DNA of 64,000 bases from contig CAYZYH010000004.1 of assembly GCA_964481235.1 (NCBI GenBank), positions 2,124 to 66,123 of the forward strand, written 5' to 3'. Each line of letters begins with the position of its first letter. Within the stretch, counting starts at the first letter, position 1. The translations under genes and the position numbers were made by a program. The notes beneath the pieces were generated by a model, which did no database searches, was not told where the DNA came from, and saw nothing but the letters and a program-made list of their open reading frames with translations. This document shows, piece by piece, positions 27,615 to 36,683 of this stretch. Origin of the DNA: an uncultured Candidatus Saccharibacteria bacterium. GTDB taxonomy: Bacteria; Patescibacteriota; Saccharimonadia; CAILAD01; BJGX01.

Positions 27615-27865
27615 TGCCAGGATTACTTAGAGGAATGGCCAGAACTGCCGTTATAGCTGGAACAGCTACTGCAGTATCAAACAACGTTAGTCGCAGGCAA
27701 GCTAATAGATGGGCTAATGAAGAACCGCAACAAGAATCGCAGTCTGCTACGGTAGATAGTAGCGATCAGATACAGCAGTTAGAAAAACTAGGCCAATTGC
27801 ACGATAGCGGAGTACTAACAGACGAAGAATTTGCTGCAAAAAAAGCACAGATTTTGGGTCTATAG
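27614..27865 (+). CDS. SHOCT-domain protein
   Basis: C-terminal …QQLEKLGQLHDSGVLTDEEFAAKKAQILG matches the SHOCT (short C-terminal) domain. Confidence 0.6.
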   Translation: MPGLLRGMARTAVIAGTATAVSNNVSRRQANRWANEEPQQESQSATVDSSDQIQQLEKLGQLHDSGVLTDEEFAAKKAQILGL

Positions 27866-27975
27866 CACTCTTATAATTATACAAAAGCAGTGCAATATAG
27901 TACTGCTTTTGTCTTGCGTAAAAATCTAAAAAAGTCTGATTATGGGCATATTATGTTATACTAATGCGGTAAATA

Positions 27976-28566
27976 ATGACTACGCAAATACCCCAAGAAC
28001 AACCTGATAATTTTGTACCGCTAGTTGCCAAAGCAAGAAGTGGTGATGAAGCAGCTTTTGAGCAATTGTATGAAGAGTATTTTTTACCTATTTATAGATA
28101 TATTCTTATTAGGGTGGGCGACAGTGAAGAGACCGACGACCTAACTCAGCAGGTGTTTATAAAGTTTTACAGAAACTTACATAATTGGCAAGACAAAGGC
28201 TATCAGCCATCTGCCTACATCTTTAGTATTGCCCGAAGCGTAATTGCTGACTTCTATCGCAGTAAGGGCAGAAAAGCTGTAAAGATACAAAACTCCGAGG
28301 AAGTACTCTTGCTTCTTGAAGATAAGTCACAAAACCCCCAGAATGACGTTATAAATACCGAAGAAATAAAACAACTTTATCGTAATTTAAAAAAATTACC
28401 CAATAACTACCAAGAAGCCCTAGTTCTTCGTTATATGGAGAATTTATCTAGTGCAGAGATAGCTATGATAATAGGAAAAAGCGATGTAGCCACCCGTAAG
28501 TTGCTATCTAGAGCTACAATGGCGCTATCAGAGGTTTCAAAACAGGAAGATAGAAAAAATGAATAA
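27976..28566 (+). CDS. ECF-subfamily RNA polymerase sigma-70 factor
   Basis: Region 2 (…YRYILIRVGDSEETDDLTQQVFIKFYRNLHNW…) and region 4 HTH (…ALVLRYMENLSSAEIAMIIGKSDVATRKLLSRA). Confidence 0.8.
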   Translation: MTTQIPQEQPDNFVPLVAKARSGDEAAFEQLYEEYFLPIYRYILIRVGDSEETDDLTQQVFIKFYRNLHNWQDKGYQPSAYIFSIARSVIADFYRSKGRKAVKIQNSEEVLLLLEDKSQNPQNDVINTEEIKQLYRNLKKLPNNYQEALVLRYMENLSSAEIAMIIGKSDVATRKLLSRATMALSEVSKQEDRKNE

Positions 28567-29026
28567 TAATAAGAGCAACAACAGCCCCGAAGAGTATGCT
28601 AAAAAACTAAATGAGTTTAATGGTTTTTCGATTAACAAGAGACACCTTCTCAATAATACTCTTCAAAGAATAGATAGGGAAAAAGATACTCCAAGAAGTG
28701 TAGTACCAGAAACAAAAAACAACCCTATGCTCAACCAACTAAGAGCATACATTATACCTGTGGCCACTTTTATGTTGGTGGTTATATTTAGCGGAGTATT
28801 TTTCTTTAGGAATAGTAACCCCAACATCAATAGCAATATTACTAACAAACTGAGTCAATCTGCTCCAAATGGTACAATCGAGAACACTTTTAATTCTGTT
28901 AGTGCTGATTTGGCCGATGAGAACAGTATTAATGAGCAAGCAATGAATCAAGGAGAGAATGTTGTGAAAGAGATGTCTAACGACATCAAGCAATTAGGAG
29001 ATATTAGTAATGACCCAAGTCTGTAA
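28559..29026 (+). CDS. Putative anti-sigma factor (single-pass membrane protein)
   Basis: Overlaps the ECF sigma stop by 8 nt. One central TM helix. Typical anti-sigma topology. Confidence 0.45.
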   Translation: MNNNKSNNSPEEYAKKLNEFNGFSINKRHLLNNTLQRIDREKDTPRSVVPETKNNPMLNQLRAYIIPVATFMLVVIFSGVFFFRNSNPNINSNITNKLSQSAPNGTIENTFNSVSADLADENSINEQAMNQGENVVKEMSNDIKQLGDISNDPSL

Positions 29027-29765
29027 ACATAATATTGTAATTATTACATTTACCACCATGCTATTTTTAACATCGATTGTTAGTATTTTTGGTCCACAAA
29101 CAACTCTGGCACAACAGAGTACTGATAATATATTTTGTAGTAGACTTAGCTCTATATCCTCAAGGCTGAATAGCCAGATCGATCAAAAGATAACTAGTAT
29201 AAATAACACCAGAGCTGATAAAGAAAAAAAACTCAATGAGATATTTTCAAAACGTGATCAAGATATATCAGACACACAAGCCAAGTGGGACAGTAATAGA
29301 CAAGAACACTATACAAAATTACTCGAGAAGTCTCAAACAGATTCTCAAAAACAAGCCATTAATGCTTTTAAAAGTAGTGTAGAAGTATCGATTGCTGAAC
29401 GTCGCCAATCTGTCGATAAAGTAGTAGACACCTATTATGATAATGTTATAGGAATTATTTCTGTACGTAATAATAGCATAGACGTAGCCATTGCCGATTA
29501 TAAGAGTTCTGTAGCTACAGCGCTAGCCAAGGCCCAAGCAAGTTGTGATGCAGGTAATGATAGCGAAACCGTACGTAAAGAGTTAAAAAGCGATATTGAA
29601 GGCGCACGGAACGAGATTCAGTCTATTGCGTTTGGAGAATCTAGCATTGTCGCTACAACTAAAGCTGTACAACTAGCAGGACAAAGCACGATATCCAGAG
29701 TGATTGAGCATTTCAATTATACTATGCAACAAGCTCAAACTACCCTTAAAGAATCAATAAAATAA
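29010..29765 (+). CDS. Secreted coiled-coil protein (251 aa)
   Basis: N-terminal signal peptide/anchor, then an extended Gln/Lys/Asp-rich coiled-coil. Confidence 0.4.
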   Translation: MTQVCKHNIVIITFTTMLFLTSIVSIFGPQTTLAQQSTDNIFCSRLSSISSRLNSQIDQKITSINNTRADKEKKLNEIFSKRDQDISDTQAKWDSNRQEHYTKLLEKSQTDSQKQAINAFKSSVEVSIAERRQSVDKVVDTYYDNVIGIISVRNNSIDVAIADYKSSVATALAKAQASCDAGNDSETVRKELKSDIEGARNEIQSIAFGESSIVATTKAVQLAGQSTISRVIEHFNYTMQQAQTTLKESIK

Positions 29766-29796
29766 AAAAGTGATAAATTAATAAATAGAAGTATTT

Positions 29797-31833
29797 TTAG
29801 AACACTTCTTTACGATTTTGCCACCGAGGCTTCAATACTTCGTAGTTTATCATTGAGTAAACTAGTAGATAAAACGAACATAGGCAACCTATAGGGTAGA
29901 GTAATGTAGATACAATACTCTGACGAGAGATTATAGTAATAATTAATCTGTTTATATAACTAAGTCCAATCGCTAGGGCTAAGAACCATAGACCTAGGTA
30001 AATGTTTAATACTAATAAGTAACTTATTAGTAGAGTTGGAAAGACCAAGACGAACAATCCAAACAAAACTAAGGCGATAGTTAAGGGCATGGAAAAGTGT
30101 AGTGCTGGGTAAAAACGCCTTAAGTTTTGCGCAACAATAAGTCTCAAACTAGCATGGTTTTGACTCATCGCCATGTCTGACCCTAGATAGAAGCCAGTTT
30201 TTAAACCCCTTGTCTTAGCAGCGGCTGCAAGGTCGAAATCTTCCAAGGGGCTTTTTCTTACAAGCTCAAAACCACCAAGGGCTAATACGCTAGATCTTAC
30301 GAAAGCAGTTATATTACTACTAGCATTAACTGATCTGGGGTGAGCCTTTGCCAAATATGCAGAAGGGTATAGACCAAGCATAAAGTAATGATTTTGACTT
30401 AGTATAATTTGTTGAGCAAAACTCTTATTTTGGTCTGATGGTAATATTGAAACTAAGCTTAGCTTTTCTTGCTCAATAAGACTAGCCATTACTGAGAGAG
30501 CGTTAGGTAATAGAATAGTATCAGCACTAAGAAGTAAAACTATTTCACCCGTCGACTTTTCTAGCAACTGCTGAGATACCCAGGAGTTAATGGTCCAGTT
30601 GGGTTTTAGTGGTTTTGTTTCTATAATCTTTAGCCTAGGGTCTTGAAAACCCTTGGCTATACTTAGAGTGTTATCTTGCGAGCCCAGATCGGTAAAAAGT
30701 ATTTCGAACTGAGGGTATTGCTGGCCTAAAAGTGAGAGGAGCGTAGAAGATATATTGTCACCTTGATTATAGGCGTGCATAATTATACTAATTTTTGGCC
30801 AATCAGTTAGTCGTTTTGTCTTTGGTCTAGCGAAAGCTCTTAGGTTATATATCGTTAGACCAAGTTGTATCAAGAAAAATACCAATAGAAAAAAACCAGT
30901 CAATGCAACGAAATATTCTCTAACACCGAACGGATCAAAAGCAAACAACAATATTTGAGTAATAAAAAACCCTACTATCATATTCAACCACATAAAGTTT
31001 TGCCAACCCCTATGAAACTGTGTAGATCTTGCATCGGATTTGTATTTAATAAAAAAACTAGCGTTTAAGACATACATTCCTAAAAACACACTAGCAAGTA
31101 AGCCAAGAGGAAAGTATGACACCGCAATAAACACACAGCACAATAGGTAAAGAGAAATGACAAATATATTGGTACGCCTGGCGCCCATCACTGTAGCTAT
31201 AGATTTAATATTAGCGGCTCTATCTGGCTTAATGTCTTGTATTGCACCAAAAGCTTGACTTGCCATACCCCATGCCATAAAGGCAATTATGGCTGGCCAG
31301 TAGTAGTTATTACTTTGTGCATATGCAAGCCCAAACACAAATGGTAGAACAAAGTGCAACGCTGAGTTGATTGAATCTAAAAAAGGAACTTCTTTAAAAC
31401 GAAGTGGTTTGGCACTATAGCTGAAAGCAAAGAATATAATAAGTACAAATAGTATTTTTGATATGGCAGTTCCAGTAGCTAAAAAATACAATGCAAAAGG
31501 TAAATTCAATAGTGCAATTGCTATCCATAAACTCTGGTGTTTTTGCTTAAGAAGTAAACCCCCTTCGATGGAATTTTTTCGAGGATTTTTAATATCTGAC
31601 TCGTAATCATATATATCGTTTACGCCATAAAGCATTAAATTGTAAGAAAACAAGAAATATACAAACCCAATTAGGCCAGGAAAACTTATGCCTTGAGAAG
31701 CAAGCAAGTAGCCCACCAAAAAAGGAAAAGCTGTGTTTATCCAGCTTACTGGGCGACTGGTCGCCAAAACTTCTTTAATTGTGAGTTTGCTACTTTTTTT
31801 AGACATATTATTTGTTACTTTTAAAATATTCAA
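29797..31833 (-). CDS. Fusion protein: UbiA-family prenyltransferase (lycopene elongase CrtEb-like) + GT2 glycosyltransferase (CrtX-like)
   Basis: N-terminal polytopic domain has both UbiA Asp-rich motifs (NDIYDYESD = NDxxDxxxD; DIKPD = DxxxD). C-terminal domain is GT2 (…ISIIMHAYNQGDNISSTLLSL…, D.D motif …LLLSADTILLPNAL…), followed by additional TM helices. Confidence 0.7.
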   Translation of the reverse strand: MNILKVTNNMSKKSSKLTIKEVLATSRPVSWINTAFPFLVGYLLASQGISFPGLIGFVYFLFSYNLMLYGVNDIYDYESDIKNPRKNSIEGGLLLKQKHQSLWIAIALLNLPFALYFLATGTAISKILFVLIIFFAFSYSAKPLRFKEVPFLDSINSALHFVLPFVFGLAYAQSNNYYWPAIIAFMAWGMASQAFGAIQDIKPDRAANIKSIATVMGARRTNIFVISLYLLCCVFIAVSYFPLGLLASVFLGMYVLNASFFIKYKSDARSTQFHRGWQNFMWLNMIVGFFITQILLFAFDPFGVREYFVALTGFFLLVFFLIQLGLTIYNLRAFARPKTKRLTDWPKISIIMHAYNQGDNISSTLLSLLGQQYPQFEILFTDLGSQDNTLSIAKGFQDPRLKIIETKPLKPNWTINSWVSQQLLEKSTGEIVLLLSADTILLPNALSVMASLIEQEKLSLVSILPSDQNKSFAQQIILSQNHYFMLGLYPSAYLAKAHPRSVNASSNITAFVRSSVLALGGFELVRKSPLEDFDLAAAAKTRGLKTGFYLGSDMAMSQNHASLRLIVAQNLRRFYPALHFSMPLTIALVLFGLFVLVFPTLLISYLLVLNIYLGLWFLALAIGLSYINRLIITIISRQSIVSTLLYPIGCLCSFYLLVYSMINYEVLKPRWQNRKEVF

Positions 31834-32101
31834 AGAGAGCAGGTACCATTAGTATTACAGCAACTAGGTAGCCAAAATCTTCTATAGGTATATTGCCAAC
31901 TTTATAACCCAATATAGAACTATTATTATACATCACAATCGGCAGAGTGGTGAGGTAGTTGTCGAATACAAGCATAGCAATGAGCAGGATTAGCCCGACC
32001 ACCATCAAAGCCTTGGGTTTTGGTGGGGTAATGCGCAAACGTACAAGTATTAATATTGATACCACCACTAAGCTGGTTACTAGTACTAAATAGCTAGTCA
32101 T
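31808..32101 (-). CDS. Lycopene cyclase domain protein (CrtYf/CrtYd-like half)
   Basis: 97-aa, 3-TM protein with the lycopene-cyclase-domain motif …IPIEDFGYLVAVILM…. Confidence 0.65.
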   Translation of the reverse strand: MTSYLVLVTSLVVVSILILVRLRITPPKPKALMVVGLILLIAMLVFDNYLTTLPIVMYNNSSILGYKVGNIPIEDFGYLVAVILMVPALFEYFKSNK

Positions 32102-32517
32102 GATCTTTTATTCCTAGACCCAACATTCCGTGTAGGGTGGCTCAGAGTTAGCTTGTCATTTTTTCGCTTATTATTATCAACTTTTCTAAATACCTCTAGC
32201 CTTCCAATTAGTTGATACAAAATCAGCGTCACATAGCATAGCATAAACAAAAAGACCACTTCTTCTATCGGTATATTGGGCGAAATAATATTTAATCTCA
32301 CTACGTAGTCTTGGTTTGTAGAAAATATTTTATTAATTACCCCAGCAACATCAAATATCAGTAGTAGTAGTATTGTATAGCCAACTGCTTTTGTGCTTGC
32401 AATTTTGTCATACCAAAACGCTAGTCTTAATCGCCAGTCGGCCAAAAGTAAACCAGCAATACTAAAAACTAGTACAAAAATATAGAAGTAATGTGTGTGC
32501 ACAAGTTGCATAATCAT
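32098..32517 (-). CDS. Lycopene cyclase domain protein (CrtYe/CrtYc-like half)
   Basis: 3-TM protein with …NIPIEEVVFLFMLCYVTLILY (PxEE motif). Adjacent and overlapping its partner half, as in heterodimeric actinobacterial cyclases. Confidence 0.65.
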   Translation of the reverse strand: MIMQLVHTHYFYIFVLVFSIAGLLLADWRLRLAFWYDKIASTKAVGYTILLLLIFDVAGVINKIFSTNQDYVVRLNIISPNIPIEEVVFLFMLCYVTLILYQLIGRLEVFRKVDNNKRKNDKLTLSHPTRNVGSRNKRS

Positions 32518-32573
32518 CTACCTATTATACTCCATATAAAAAACCCTCTCGTGTTAAGAGAGGGTATTTAAGT

Positions 32574-33095
32574 CTAAAGTTTTAGATGCAGCATAACTAT
32601 GAGCCAGTTGAGCATGGTATAGGCGTGCTGGGGGAACATTCTGTAGCCTCCAAGATATTGGTTGCCATCAGTCTTTGTGATATCTGCATAAGTACCGGTT
32701 TCGTCATATGTAAAGTCAATCCGTATCTTTCTACAATTGTTGCGAGGCGGCTTGTCAAATAGACTATCAATATAAACTTCTAGTTTAGTGTCTGGTAGTT
32801 TTTTGGCTCGTACTACACCGAAGTAGTCAGTAAAGTCTGGTGCAGGCTCAAATACTACAAGGCCTGGCGCCCAGTAAACAAGATAACCTAAAAATGTTTG
32901 CACATCATCGACCCGTCCAAACAGCACCTGTCGCGACAGTCGAGCTGGGTTTGCTTTATTGGTGAGCATTAATTCTACGCTTTTAATGGTGTTTATGCGC
33001 CCTCGTTTTGTTTTCAACCACCCAAGTTTACGCTCGCGCTCTATCACTTCTTCAATATTTGCAATCAAATCTTTTGTGGGGGTGATGGCACTCAT
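32574..33095 (-). CDS. Hypothetical protein (173 aa) embedded in the carotenoid cluster
   Basis: Intact ORF between the cyclase genes and crtI. No motif recognised. Confidence 0.35.
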   Translation of the reverse strand: MSAITPTKDLIANIEEVIERERKLGWLKTKRGRINTIKSVELMLTNKANPARLSRQVLFGRVDDVQTFLGYLVYWAPGLVVFEPAPDFTDYFGVVRAKKLPDTKLEVYIDSLFDKPPRNNCRKIRIDFTYDETGTYADITKTDGNQYLGGYRMFPQHAYTMLNWLIVMLHLKL

Positions 33096-33225
33096 AAATT
33101 TATTCCCATCTAGTAGTAGGTGCGGAGATTACTCAGATATTATAGTAATTAATCTCAAATTTGTAAATATTACTCAAAAACACTACCAATCAAAAAAGCT
33201 CTCTAAATATGCTATTATTTAAGTC

Positions 33226-34719
33226 GTGAAAAAGAAAAAAACAGTAATAATTATAGGTGCAGGTATTGGCGGTATGTGTACAGCGGCTAGGCTACTTAAA
33301 GAGGGCTACAAAGTTTCTATTTATGAAAAAGAGCCGTTAGTTGGTGGGAGAGCCAATCGAATCAAACAAGACAGCTACACTTTTGATACTGGTCCAACAC
33401 TATTAATGATGACCGACGTTCTTTACGACACTTTTGCATATTGTGGCAAAGACTTTGATGACTATATTGAGTTAATCCAGCTAGAGCCCAATTATCAAGT
33501 AGCCTTTGCTGACAGCTCACGTATTACCGTTAGCAGTAACCTCCCAAAGTTTGCTAGCGAGCTTGCCAAATTCGACCCTAAGGCCCCTGAGCAATTTTAT
33601 AGATTTTTTGCCGATGTTGCCGAAATATATAGGTTGTCGCGCGGTGGATTTATAGATAAAAACTTTGATAGTATTACAGATTTTATTAACTTTCGCTCTG
33701 GACTTAAATTATTACAAAAACGAGGACTTATAAGTCTTTGGAAGTTTGTAAGTCATTATTTTAATGACGATAGACTACGCCAACTATTTAGTTTTCAGAG
33801 TATGTACCTGGGTGTGAGTCCATATGAGGCACCGGCAGTTTACAGCGTACTTAGCTATATGGAGACTGGGCTAGGTATTTGGTACCCAAAAGGGGGGATG
33901 TATAGTTTGAGCCAGGCTCTAGAGAGGCTCGTAAAAGATATGGGTGGCGAAGTATATACCAATAGTCCTATTTCACAGATCAATATTGAAAATAGTATTG
34001 TCAAAGGGGTTGTTGTCGGTGGAGAAACTATAGAAGCGGATTTGGTAGTATGTAATGCCGATCTAATATATGCTTACAAAAATCTGCTACCCCCATCTAT
34101 AAAACTAAAAAGTCTGGGACGCAAAGCCGAAGATCTCAAGCAAGCCAGTTCGGCACTACTATTTTATTGGGGTGTTAATAACAAACTCGATGGCATGCTA
34201 CACCACAATGTTTATTTATGTAGTGATTTTAAAAACAACCTCGAAGAAATATTAAAAAATCATAAACTACCTAGCGATCCATCGTTTTACACCTATATAC
34301 CTACTAAAACCGATCCAACTCTTGCACCAAGAAACAGAAGTGTTATGTACATTCTTGTGCCAGTTCCAAATTTGCAAGCAGAAAACGATTGGGGTAAGGG
34401 CGTTAGTAAGATTCGTGCTCAGGTTTTGAAGCGCCTAAAAAATGAATATGGCAAAGACATAGAAAAAGATATTGAAACAGAAAAAATATTTTCACCGCAA
34501 GATTTTGAAACCAAATTTAATCTAACTGCTGGCTCGGCTTTTGGCCTAACTCATCACTTATTCCAGTCTGGTTATTTTAGGCCTCACAATATTGAACGTA
34601 GTGTAGAAGGTCTATATTTTGTGGGAGCGAGTACTTATCCGGGCGGAGGTATTCCTATGGTAACATTATCTGCAAAGCTTGTAGTCGAGCGAATTCTCGG
34701 GGATAATAAAGTGAATTAA
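33226..34719 (+). CDS. crtI: Phytoene desaturase (CrtI family)
   Basis: FAD-binding GxGxxG (VIIIGAGIGGMCTAARL…EKEPLVGGRA). …LRQLFSFQSMYLGVSPYEAP…GIWYPKGG… and C-terminal …FRPHN…LYFVGASTYPGGGIPMV… match CrtI along the full length. Confidence 0.9.
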   Translation: MKKKKTVIIIGAGIGGMCTAARLLKEGYKVSIYEKEPLVGGRANRIKQDSYTFDTGPTLLMMTDVLYDTFAYCGKDFDDYIELIQLEPNYQVAFADSSRITVSSNLPKFASELAKFDPKAPEQFYRFFADVAEIYRLSRGGFIDKNFDSITDFINFRSGLKLLQKRGLISLWKFVSHYFNDDRLRQLFSFQSMYLGVSPYEAPAVYSVLSYMETGLGIWYPKGGMYSLSQALERLVKDMGGEVYTNSPISQINIENSIVKGVVVGGETIEADLVVCNADLIYAYKNLLPPSIKLKSLGRKAEDLKQASSALLFYWGVNNKLDGMLHHNVYLCSDFKNNLEEILKNHKLPSDPSFYTYIPTKTDPTLAPRNRSVMYILVPVPNLQAENDWGKGVSKIRAQVLKRLKNEYGKDIEKDIETEKIFSPQDFETKFNLTAGSAFGLTHHLFQSGYFRPHNIERSVEGLYFVGASTYPGGGIPMVTLSAKLVVERILGDNKVN

Positions 34720-34722
34720 CCT

Positions 34723-35799
34723 ATGACAGAAACAAATCTTAAATCATACGTAGCAAAGGTAAAACAAGAAATTGATGCTCTGTTGAGCGATTTTTTGAAT
34801 CAAAAAATTGTTGACGCATCTAGGATTGGTAGTGAATACCAAAAGCTACTTAATGTTATTGCAAAACAAACTTTGCGTGGTGGCAAAAGACTCCGGCCAA
34901 GTTTGGCCATGCTGGGGTATGAAATTGCAGGTGGCAAAGACAGAGATAAGATGTTAAAAGCTGCAATGTCGTTAGAAATATTCCACAACTATTTACTTAT
35001 GCATGACGATATTATGGATCACGACGACAAACGTCACGGAGGTCTTAATGTTACTGGGGTTTATAAAAGAAGGTATTCCCGAACTCTAAATAGTTTAGAT
35101 GTTCAGCATGTGGCGAACTCTATAGCGATGTTGGCGGGGGATATATGTTGTGGTTTAAGCTATGAATCTTTGATAGCGTCAGGCATGAACCCTCAACAAT
35201 TAGTATCGGCAATATCAAGACTAAACACCGCAACATTCGAGGTAGCTGCTGGCCAACATCTTGACCTAATTGGTTCGGTAGGTAAGTCCCTTACTATAAG
35301 TGATATTAAGAAGATAAACCAATATAAAACAGCCGACTATACAGTAATAATGCCTTTGCAGTTTGGTGCAATACTTGCAGGTGGACCAGCGACATTACAT
35401 ACTCTGTTCGCGAAGTTTGGCAACAATGCCGGAGTGGCTTTTCAGTTGAGTGATGATGATCTAGGGGTTTTTGGTAGCCCAAAGCTTACTGGTAAACCAG
35501 TGGGGAGCGATATAAAAGAAGGAAAGCAAACAGTACTTATGCACAATGGTATTGAATTAACAAAAGGAACTCAAAGAGATTTTATTAAAAGGTGTATTAA
35601 CAATCCCAAATTAACTGCTAAAGATGTAAAAAAGGTACAAAATATACTAATTAAATCTGGAGCTAGACAGAAGACGGTATTGCTGGCCCAAGATTTAGCA
35701 AATGCCGCAATAGATATAACAAATGAAATACCCAACTCTAGCAATAGAACCCATCTATTAGCTGAATTTGCGCAATATTGCGTAGCTAGGAGTAGTTAA
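34723..35799 (+). CDS. crtE: Polyprenyl diphosphate synthase (GGPP synthase, CrtE/IdsA-like)
   Basis: FARM (LLMHDDIMDHDDKRHG) and SARM (FQLSDDDLGVFG) Asp-rich motifs. Confidence 0.8.
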   Translation: MTETNLKSYVAKVKQEIDALLSDFLNQKIVDASRIGSEYQKLLNVIAKQTLRGGKRLRPSLAMLGYEIAGGKDRDKMLKAAMSLEIFHNYLLMHDDIMDHDDKRHGGLNVTGVYKRRYSRTLNSLDVQHVANSIAMLAGDICCGLSYESLIASGMNPQQLVSAISRLNTATFEVAAGQHLDLIGSVGKSLTISDIKKINQYKTADYTVIMPLQFGAILAGGPATLHTLFAKFGNNAGVAFQLSDDDLGVFGSPKLTGKPVGSDIKEGKQTVLMHNGIELTKGTQRDFIKRCINNPKLTAKDVKKVQNILIKSGARQKTVLLAQDLANAAIDITNEIPNSSNRTHLLAEFAQYCVARSS

Positions 35800-35802
35800 G
35801 TA

Positions 35803-36639
35803 GTGAGTCAAAACCAGTACAGCGAAGTTTCGCAAGCAATTAACGCCATTATTACAAAGCAGTACTCTACATCATTTTCTGTGGCAATTAGGTTACTAGA
35901 CAAATCTATAAGAACAGACATATACAACATATACGGCTATGTTAGAGTTGCCGATGAACTAGTAGATACACTTAGACCAAAAGATAGCTTACGCATGCTA
36001 AAAGATTTTAACATTGAGACAACCCAGGCAATAAAGGTTGGTGTTAGCTTAAATCCAGTAATCCACGCCTTCGCTCAAACAGTTATCAAATACCAAATAG
36101 ATTATAGTTTGATACAAGCTTTTATAAATAGTATGACTATGGATATATCTAAAAAATCATATAACAAAAAACAATACAAAGACTATATATATGGCTCTGC
36201 CGAAGTTGTTGGCTTGATGTGCCTAATGGTTTTTCTTGGTGGTAACAAGACTAAATATAAAAAACTTACCCTAGGTGCGAAAGCACTAGGTTCGGCTTTT
36301 CAAAAAGTTAACTTTTTACGTGATCTAAATATAGATAACCAAGAGCTGGGTAGGATCTACTTTCCGAATATTGATATAGAAAATTTTCAAAGCGATCAAA
36401 AAAAGCAAATTGAGCAAGAAATACTTGCTGATTTTAAGATTGCTCAGTCAACTATCTATCAACTACCTTATTCGTCTAGATACGGAGTACTACTAGCTTA
36501 TTGGTACTATCGTTTACTGCTTAGAAAAATACAAAAAACTAGTGCTCAGGTGCTAAAAGAGAAACGAGTAAGGGTTTCTGATATTACCAAGTTACTACTC
36601 TATATTGTTGTGTTTGGTGAAAAACTACTTCATATATAA
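35803..36639 (+). CDS. crtB: Phytoene synthase (CrtB, squalene/phytoene synthase family)
   Basis: GTG start. …YGYVRVADELVDT…, …YGSAEVVGLMCLMVFLGG… and …AFQKVNFLRDLNID… are trans-IPPS head-to-head motifs. Confidence 0.8.
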   Translation: MSQNQYSEVSQAINAIITKQYSTSFSVAIRLLDKSIRTDIYNIYGYVRVADELVDTLRPKDSLRMLKDFNIETTQAIKVGVSLNPVIHAFAQTVIKYQIDYSLIQAFINSMTMDISKKSYNKKQYKDYIYGSAEVVGLMCLMVFLGGNKTKYKKLTLGAKALGSAFQKVNFLRDLNIDNQELGRIYFPNIDIENFQSDQKKQIEQEILADFKIAQSTIYQLPYSSRYGVLLAYWYYRLLLRKIQKTSAQVLKEKRVRVSDITKLLLYIVVFGEKLLHI

Positions 36640-36683
36640 AAATTCGGCTATACTATTAATATATAAAATGCTTTTTTAGTGCA

